64,000 bases of DNA from NCBI GenBank assembly GCA_965202785.1, contig OZ241855.1, positions 736,001-800,000 of the forward strand, written 5' to 3'. The number at the start of each line of letters is the position of its first letter. Within the stretch, counting starts at the first letter, position 1. Below are positions 59,006-64,000 of the stretch, one piece after another. The notes below the pieces were generated by a model, which saw only the letters and a program-made list of their open reading frames with translations, was not told where the DNA came from and did no database searches. The DNA is from Thermodesulfobacteriota bacterium (lineage in GTDB: Bacteria; Desulfobacterota_D; UBA1144; Nemesobacterales; Nemesobacteraceae). Both the position numbers and the translations under genes were made by a program.

Positions 59006-60676
59006 TTATCCTCCTTCTGGATCCGGGACCTGTCGATTGATGTATAGTTGCTGACCGACGGAGAGAATGTTGCTTACGGTCCAGTAAAGGATAAGACCGG
59101 AAGGCAGGCCCCAGAACATTACGGTAAAAATTATAGGCATAAACTGCATAAGTTTCATCTGCAGTTCCATCGTCTCGCTTCCCGGGGCAGTCATTGGGGT
59201 AAGTCTCTGCGAGAGAAACCACGAGACACCCATCAAAAGGGGCAGCACACGAAACGGTATCCCCAGCACGTCAAACAGGTGCTCGGGCTGGGAGAGGTCG
59301 TTTACCCAGAGAAACGAGCTGTGTCTTAGATCTATCGAATACAGAAGCGCGAAATAAAGAGCTATGAAAACGGGAAGCTGTATGAGCAGGGGGAGACACC
59401 CTCCGAGACTGCTGAGCGGGTTTATGTTATTGCTTGTGTAAAGCTTCATCATCTCTGCCTGCTGTGTCGATTTGTCGTCCTTGTATTTTTCTTTCAGCGC
59501 GTCGATTTCAGGTTTCAGACTCTTCATCTTGTTCTGCATTGCCTTCATCGATTTCATGCTTTTCACGGTAAGGGGGAAGAATATCACCCTGAGGGCGATC
59601 GTAAGCACTATTATGGAGATTCCGTAGTTGCTGAAAAAGTCGTTGACGAACTTAAGCAGCACGACGGCAATTTTGGTAAGTACTCCCGCATAGCCGTAGT
59701 CAATCGATTTCTCAAGCTTGTACCCCGCTTCCTTGAGGTCCAGTTCATTTTTCGGACCGAAATACGATTTCCACCCGACTTTGTAGTTTTTTCCTGCGGC
59801 TATTTTTTGCTCTGGATAGGAAAAACTCGCCCCGGCAAGACCTTTTTCATCAAGGGGCTGCAGGTAGACTCCCCGGTCTCCCCCTATTTCCGGCAGAAAT
59901 GCACCGAGAAAGTACTTGTCACCGAACCCGAACCAGTTCGTCTCTCCATTGTACGCCTTGGTTTCCTTAAGGGGTTTCTTGGTCCGCTTGACCTCGCCGC
60001 CGACCATTGAGATAAACTCGTAGAGACTGCTTGAGCCGCTCTCGTATACCGTATTTTCCCAGCCGACGTAAACTTTCTGGTTTATCTGTCCCCGCGTTCC
60101 GTTGAGAACCTCTAGGTTTTCCCTGATAAAGTATTTCCCGGGGTAAAAGGAGATGGTTTTACGTACCGTAAGCCCGCCGGGCTTTCTCCAGACCAGATTG
60201 ACATCAAGCCCCTCGGGGCCCACGACCAGATTCGTGCCTCCCTTGTAGGAAAAGGGGATGAGTTCCGGCATTTTTTCGTTTTTGACTCTGAGTATGGTGT
60301 CAAATGACTTTTTCTCTTCATCTATCACCGCCACAGGCACCGAGTCCATCTCGACCGTCTTGTTGTATCCCAGAAGCTCCCAGCCGACAATCTTTCCTCC
60401 GAGAGTGTCTATCTCGGCAACATAAAGGTCGGATCTGACTTTTATGATCTTGGAAGCGTAGGAAGATTTTATTGGTTCAAATTCCGCGGGAAGTTCCTGT
60501 GGGGAACCTGGTTCTTCGGAAAGATTCCCTGCAGCGGCGGGCGCCGATGCGGGCCGATCTATTTTTGCGGACTGCTTTTCCTCGGGGGCTTCTGCGAAAA
60601 ACGCCGAGTAACCGACGATTACCAGTACCGACAATACCAGAAATAAAATGTAGTTTCTCTTGAGGTCGCTGTTCAT
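59006..60676 (-). CDS. yidC: Membrane protein insertase YidC
   Basis: DKYF, NYGISIIVLT, GGCLPLLIQLPVF, WVNDLSQP, LPSGLILYW. Confidence 0.96.
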   Translation of the reverse strand: MNSDLKRNYILFLVLSVLVIVGYSAFFAEAPEEKQSAKIDRPASAPAAAGNLSEEPGSPQELPAEFEPIKSSYASKIIKVRSDLYVAEIDTLGGKIVGWELLGYNKTVEMDSVPVAVIDEEKKSFDTILRVKNEKMPELIPFSYKGGTNLVVGPEGLDVNLVWRKPGGLTVRKTISFYPGKYFIRENLEVLNGTRGQINQKVYVGWENTVYESGSSSLYEFISMVGGEVKRTKKPLKETKAYNGETNWFGFGDKYFLGAFLPEIGGDRGVYLQPLDEKGLAGASFSYPEQKIAAGKNYKVGWKSYFGPKNELDLKEAGYKLEKSIDYGYAGVLTKIAVVLLKFVNDFFSNYGISIIVLTIALRVIFFPLTVKSMKSMKAMQNKMKSLKPEIDALKEKYKDDKSTQQAEMMKLYTSNNINPLSSLGGCLPLLIQLPVFIALYFALLYSIDLRHSSFLWVNDLSQPEHLFDVLGIPFRVLPLLMGVSWFLSQRLTPMTAPGSETMELQMKLMQFMPIIFTVMFWGLPSGLILYWTVSNILSVGQQLYINRQVPDPEGG

Positions 60677-60854
60677 GTGTTGTTTCTTAGGGCTTTATTG
60701 AGGATGTGGGGCGCTATCGTGATTTCTGCGAGACACCTGTGAGACTGCTCCCGTTTTCTGTGCGTAGTTCTAGCATGTAGCAGGAAACCAAAGAGTAAGA
60801 ATTCATGGGAGCAATGATACACGATAAGTTTTAATAGGAATAGAGGATTTTTAT

Positions 60855-61106
60855 TCACTCTTTTGCCTGCTTATCGCCTTTTTTCTTTACGGGATCATAC
60901 CCCCCCGCGCTCAGCGGATGACATTGCAGTATTCTTCTTATGGTCATCCAAATTCCCCTGAAAGCTCCGTGTTCCCTGAGGGCCTCAATTGAATACGCAG
61001 AGCAGCTGGGGTAGAACCTGCAGGTTTGGGGGAGCAGGGGAGAAATGGTTCTCTGGTAGCCCCTTACCAGAAAAACGAGGAACCTGACTGCGGGGTTTTC
61101 TTTCAT
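60855..61106 (-). CDS. yidD: Membrane protein insertion efficiency factor
   Basis: [29 protein letters not shown]. Confidence 0.95.
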   Translation of the reverse strand: MKENPAVRFLVFLVRGYQRTISPLLPQTCRFYPSCSAYSIEALREHGAFRGIWMTIRRILQCHPLSAGGYDPVKKKGDKQAKE

Positions 61107-61462
61107 TTGATGCGGCCTGCGAGTTTTTTTATCTCCGAGTAAAGTTCAGAGAACTTCTTGCCCGATACGTCGTTCTTTATTACGAACACCACGTCGTTTG
61201 AGGAAAACGCGGGCTTGTTCCTCCTGAAAACTTCCCTCAGCATCCTTTTCATCCTGTTTCTCCTGACAGAACTTGCCGACGCTTTTTTGCCCACGGACAC
61301 TCCTAGGCGGGGAAACCCAAGAGTGTTGGGCTTCGCGTAGAGTATGAAGTTTTCCGAGTGGGTTTTAGTGCCTTCTGAGAGTATGTTGCGAAAGTCGCGG
61401 GATGTTTTTATCTTGAATTTTGAGGGAAACGAGTTGTCGAACTCAAACGCTACTTTTTCCAT
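61103..61462 (-). CDS. rnpA: Ribonuclease P protein component
   Basis: [22 protein letters not shown] (RNR motif). Confidence 0.93.
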   Translation of the reverse strand: MEKVAFEFDNSFPSKFKIKTSRDFRNILSEGTKTHSENFILYAKPNTLGFPRLGVSVGKKASASSVRRNRMKRMLREVFRRNKPAFSSNDVVFVIKNDVSGKKFSELYSEIKKLAGRIK

Positions 61463-61599
61463 CTCCCAACTGTGAGAACGTATCTTCCCTTGGCAGTCCT
61501 TCTCCTAAGTATGCTCCTGCCTCCCCTTGTGCTCAGCCTGGCGCGGAAGCCGTGCGTTCTGAGCCTCTTTTTTACGTGCGGTTGATAAGTCCTTTTCAT
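61450..61599 (-). CDS. rpmH: 50S ribosomal protein L34
   Basis: Manual translation: [49 protein letters not shown]. Confidence 0.96.
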   Translation of the reverse strand: MKRTYQPHVKKRLRTHGFRARLSTRGGRSILRRRTAKGRYVLTVGRWKK

Positions 61600-61774
61600 A
61601 GTGGGGGGTCAGAATAACACGTAAGGATTTGAAGGTCAAGGGAAAACAGGGAACTCGGGAATCCGCGGCGTGGGCACGACACTGGAGGCTTCGCCGCAGA
61701 TTGACAACAAACAAGTTCTTGTAAATAATTGATACCCATCAAATTCAAACGGTTTTTGAGATTCTTCGTCCACT

Positions 61775-61999
61775 ATGATCCTTGAAGGCGTAAAACTCAT
61801 GGTCATTGGTATGACCATAGTATATGTTTTTCTGCTTGTATTGATGATAAGCGTGATGCTGTCTGCGAAGCTTTTTAAAGACAGCGATGTGCATGCGCCC
61901 TCGGATTCCGGGGCGTCCAAAAAATCCAGAAGGGACGTCATTCCAGTCATAGCCGCGGCAGTTGCGGCCTACAAGGCGAAGCATGCCGGCGACGGCTAG
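61775..61999 (+). CDS. oadG: Na+-translocating decarboxylase gamma subunit (OadG family)
   Basis: LMVIGMTIVYVFL and VIAAAVAAY; precedes the alpha subunit. Confidence 0.85.
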   Translation: MILEGVKLMVIGMTIVYVFLLVLMISVMLSAKLFKDSDVHAPSDSGASKKSRRDVIPVIAAAVAAYKAKHAGDG

Positions 62000-62024
62000 A
62001 TCTTGAAAATCTCAGGGTCTTGTC

Positions 62025-63842
62025 ATGAAAAAAATATTATTTCAGGATACATCCTTTCGCGACGGGTTTCAGTCCGTTTTCGGCGCGAGGGTGCTTACAG
62101 AAGACTTCATCCCGGCTGTCGAAGCCGCCAGGGAAGCCGGGATAACCCACTTTGAGGCTGGCGGGGGAGCCAGGTTCCAGAGCCTGTTTCTTTACTGCGG
62201 GGAGTCCGCTTTTGATATGATGGACCGCTTCCGGGAGGCAGCGGGACCGGATGCTAACCTGCAGACCCTTGCAAGGGGGATCAATGTTGTTGCCCTGTCC
62301 CAGCAGCCCAAGGACATGATAGATCTCCACGCCAGGATGTTCAAAAAACATGGCATAACTCACATAAGAAACTTCGACGCCTTAAACGACGTAAGAAATC
62401 TCGAGTACTCGGGTCAGTGCATAAGAAATGCAGGCCTGCACCACCAGGCCGTGGTAACGCTCATGGAGCTTCCTCCAGGCTGCGAAGGAGCCCACGACGT
62501 GGATTTCTATATAGACAGGCTGAGGAAAATACTTGATTCGGGGCTTCCCTACGATTCCATATGCTTCAAGGACGCTTCCGGGACCTCGAATCCCAAAAAG
62601 ATTTACGAGACCGTGAAGGCCGCGAGAAAGCTTGTCGGAGAGGACGTCATTCTCTGGGTGCACACCCATGAGACGGCCGCCCAGGGAGTCAACCAGTACA
62701 TGGCCGGCATAAACGGCGGTTGCGACGGGATCTGCGTCGCGAGAGCCCCCGTTTCCGGGGGAACCTCCCAGCCCGACCTTATATCCATGTGGAACGCACT
62801 TAAGGGGACGGAGTACACCTTGGATGTGGACATAACCAAGGTTCTCGAGGCGAATTCCGTGTTCAGGGAATGCATGTCCGGCTATTATTTCCCGCCCGAA
62901 GCCCTTCGGGTCTCCTCGGAGGTTCTTCTCTCTCCGATGCCCGGCGGAGCGCTTACCGCAAACACCATGATGATGAGAGACACGGGCACCCTTGATCTTT
63001 ATCCGCAGGTGATCGAGGCTATGAGCGAATGCGTTGCCAAGGGTGGATTCGGAACATCGGTTACCCCGGTTTCCCAGTTCTATTTCCAGCAGGCTTACGC
63101 CAACGTCACCCAGGGGACTTGGAAGAAGATCACCGACGGTTACGGGAACATGGTGCTCGGCTATTTCGGACGCACGCCCGTCGATCCCGACCCCGAAGTC
63201 GTGGCGATAGCGGAAGAGCAGATGGGCAAGCCCCGCTTTGATGGCGACCCGCTCGACATACTTGAGCCCGGCATTCCGAAGGCAACCGAGATTCTCGAAA
63301 AAGAAGGCCTTCCCGTCACCGAGGAAAACATATTCATAGTCGGGGCGCTTCAGACTCAGGGCGGAAACAAGGGCCTTGACTTTCTCAAGGGGAATTTCAG
63401 CGTCAACGTAAGAAAAGACAAGCCTGAAGAGCAGCCTCAGCAGGGACGCGGTCTCGGTACGAGCGTAGCGTCGAAGGTGTCCGGTACCGGGGAAAACTTC
63501 GTCATTACGGTTGACGGGAGAAGCTACAATGTGACCGTAAAGGAAGGAACTTCGGAGGTTGCCTCGGTAACTGAAGCTCCCGCTCCTAAGACATCCTCTG
63601 TGATGGATGAAGATTCTCCCGATGTTGTGGCCGTTACGGCGAGCGTGCCCGGCAACATATACAGGGTGCAGGTCAGCGTGGGTGACAAGATAAAGGAAAA
63701 TCAGACGCTGATCATGCTTGAAGCCATGAAGATGGAAACTCCGGTTGCCTCTCCGTGCGACGGGGAAGTGGTATCCATAGAGGTCGAACAGGGACAGGTA
63801 GTAGAGACGGGTCAGCTTATCCTCACCATTCTTCCCTCTTGA
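62025..63842 (+). CDS. oadA: Oxaloacetate decarboxylase alpha / pyruvate carboxylase B (carboxyltransferase + biotinyl domain)
   Basis: FRDGFQS, RNFDALND, HTH metal motif, MPGG, VTPVSQ, biotin motif EAMKME. Confidence 0.88.
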   Translation: MKKILFQDTSFRDGFQSVFGARVLTEDFIPAVEAAREAGITHFEAGGGARFQSLFLYCGESAFDMMDRFREAAGPDANLQTLARGINVVALSQQPKDMIDLHARMFKKHGITHIRNFDALNDVRNLEYSGQCIRNAGLHHQAVVTLMELPPGCEGAHDVDFYIDRLRKILDSGLPYDSICFKDASGTSNPKKIYETVKAARKLVGEDVILWVHTHETAAQGVNQYMAGINGGCDGICVARAPVSGGTSQPDLISMWNALKGTEYTLDVDITKVLEANSVFRECMSGYYFPPEALRVSSEVLLSPMPGGALTANTMMMRDTGTLDLYPQVIEAMSECVAKGGFGTSVTPVSQFYFQQAYANVTQGTWKKITDGYGNMVLGYFGRTPVDPDPEVVAIAEEQMGKPRFDGDPLDILEPGIPKATEILEKEGLPVTEENIFIVGALQTQGGNKGLDFLKGNFSVNVRKDKPEEQPQQGRGLGTSVASKVSGTGENFVITVDGRSYNVTVKEGTSEVASVTEAPAPKTSSVMDEDSPDVVAVTASVPGNIYRVQVSVGDKIKENQTLIMLEAMKMETPVASPCDGEVVSIEVEQGQVVETGQLILTILPS

Positions 63843-63846
63843 GCGC

Positions 63847-64000
63847 ATGAAAAAATTCATACTTATTTTCGCAGTCCTTGCGTTTTCCCTGGGAATGTTC
63901 ACCGGGGCACCCGACTGTCTCGGGGAGACGGTAAGCGACGCGGCGGCCGTCGCGGAGCAACCCAACGAGCTTGCATCTTTTTCCCAGCTTTTGAAAAACG
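63847..64000 (+). CDS. Probable Na+-translocating decarboxylase beta subunit (N-terminus only)
   Basis: Open frame from ATG 63847 with a hydrophobic N-terminus. Identity inferred only from oadG-oadA synteny. Confidence 0.5.
   Translation, partial: MKKFILIFAVLAFSLGMFTGAPDCLGETVSDAAAVAEQPNELASFSQLLKN

Noticed and set aside
60677-60854. 61-aa ORF or ncRNA in the yidD-yidC gap
   Set aside because: No recognisable protein or RNA features.
2764-63965. Long antisense or alternate-frame ORFs such as 2764-3972, 39885-41159, 51123-52046 and 62382-63965
   Set aside because: They shadow well-supported genes on the opposite strand and show no recognisable motifs.
1-64000. CRISPR array, tRNA, rRNA or prophage
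   Set aside because: No spaced direct repeats, cloverleaf motifs, rRNA-like tracts or phage genes seen by eye; tRNAscan-SE and Infernal would be needed to exclude small RNAs.

Overview
Origin-proximal chromosomal region of a diderm bacterium. Gene content and the Cache-like/CTERM protein suggest a Dadabacteria-like lineage, but that is inference only. The window is mostly housekeeping: dnaA (partial), thiL, two CNNM/CBS genes, pabB-pabC-MazG-like-folE2, mnmE, pheT-ihfA, tilS, smc, secA, folK/folD, thiD, algC, trpE/G, tadA, rpmH-rnpA-yidD-yidC-jag and oadG/A/B. The usual dnaA/rpmH/mnmE origin cluster is scattered over about 60 kb, and mnmE is bracketed by two perfect parS sites. The most striking non-annotated structure is a family of IS1595-like terminal inverted repeats, GGGA[A/C/T]TTA-N5-TTAAG(TTGAC). 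One pair encloses a tnpB with intact RuvC motifs plus its omega-RNA and no transposase, and its predicted guide may be the TIR itself. Another pair encloses a lipoprotein gene and has a 7/8 target-site duplication overlapping parS. Also notable: two inverted ~110-bp IHF/DnaA-box-like elements around the parS locus, a perfect 17-bp inverted repeat around thiD that supplies the -10 boxes of both flanking genes (an EXPERA/sterol-isomerase-like gene and a DUF35 gene), a Panacea-domain TA pair, a frameshifted higB, and a SecA with a ~48-aa insert. I found no tRNA, rRNA or CRISPR array. All alignments and identity counts were done by eye.
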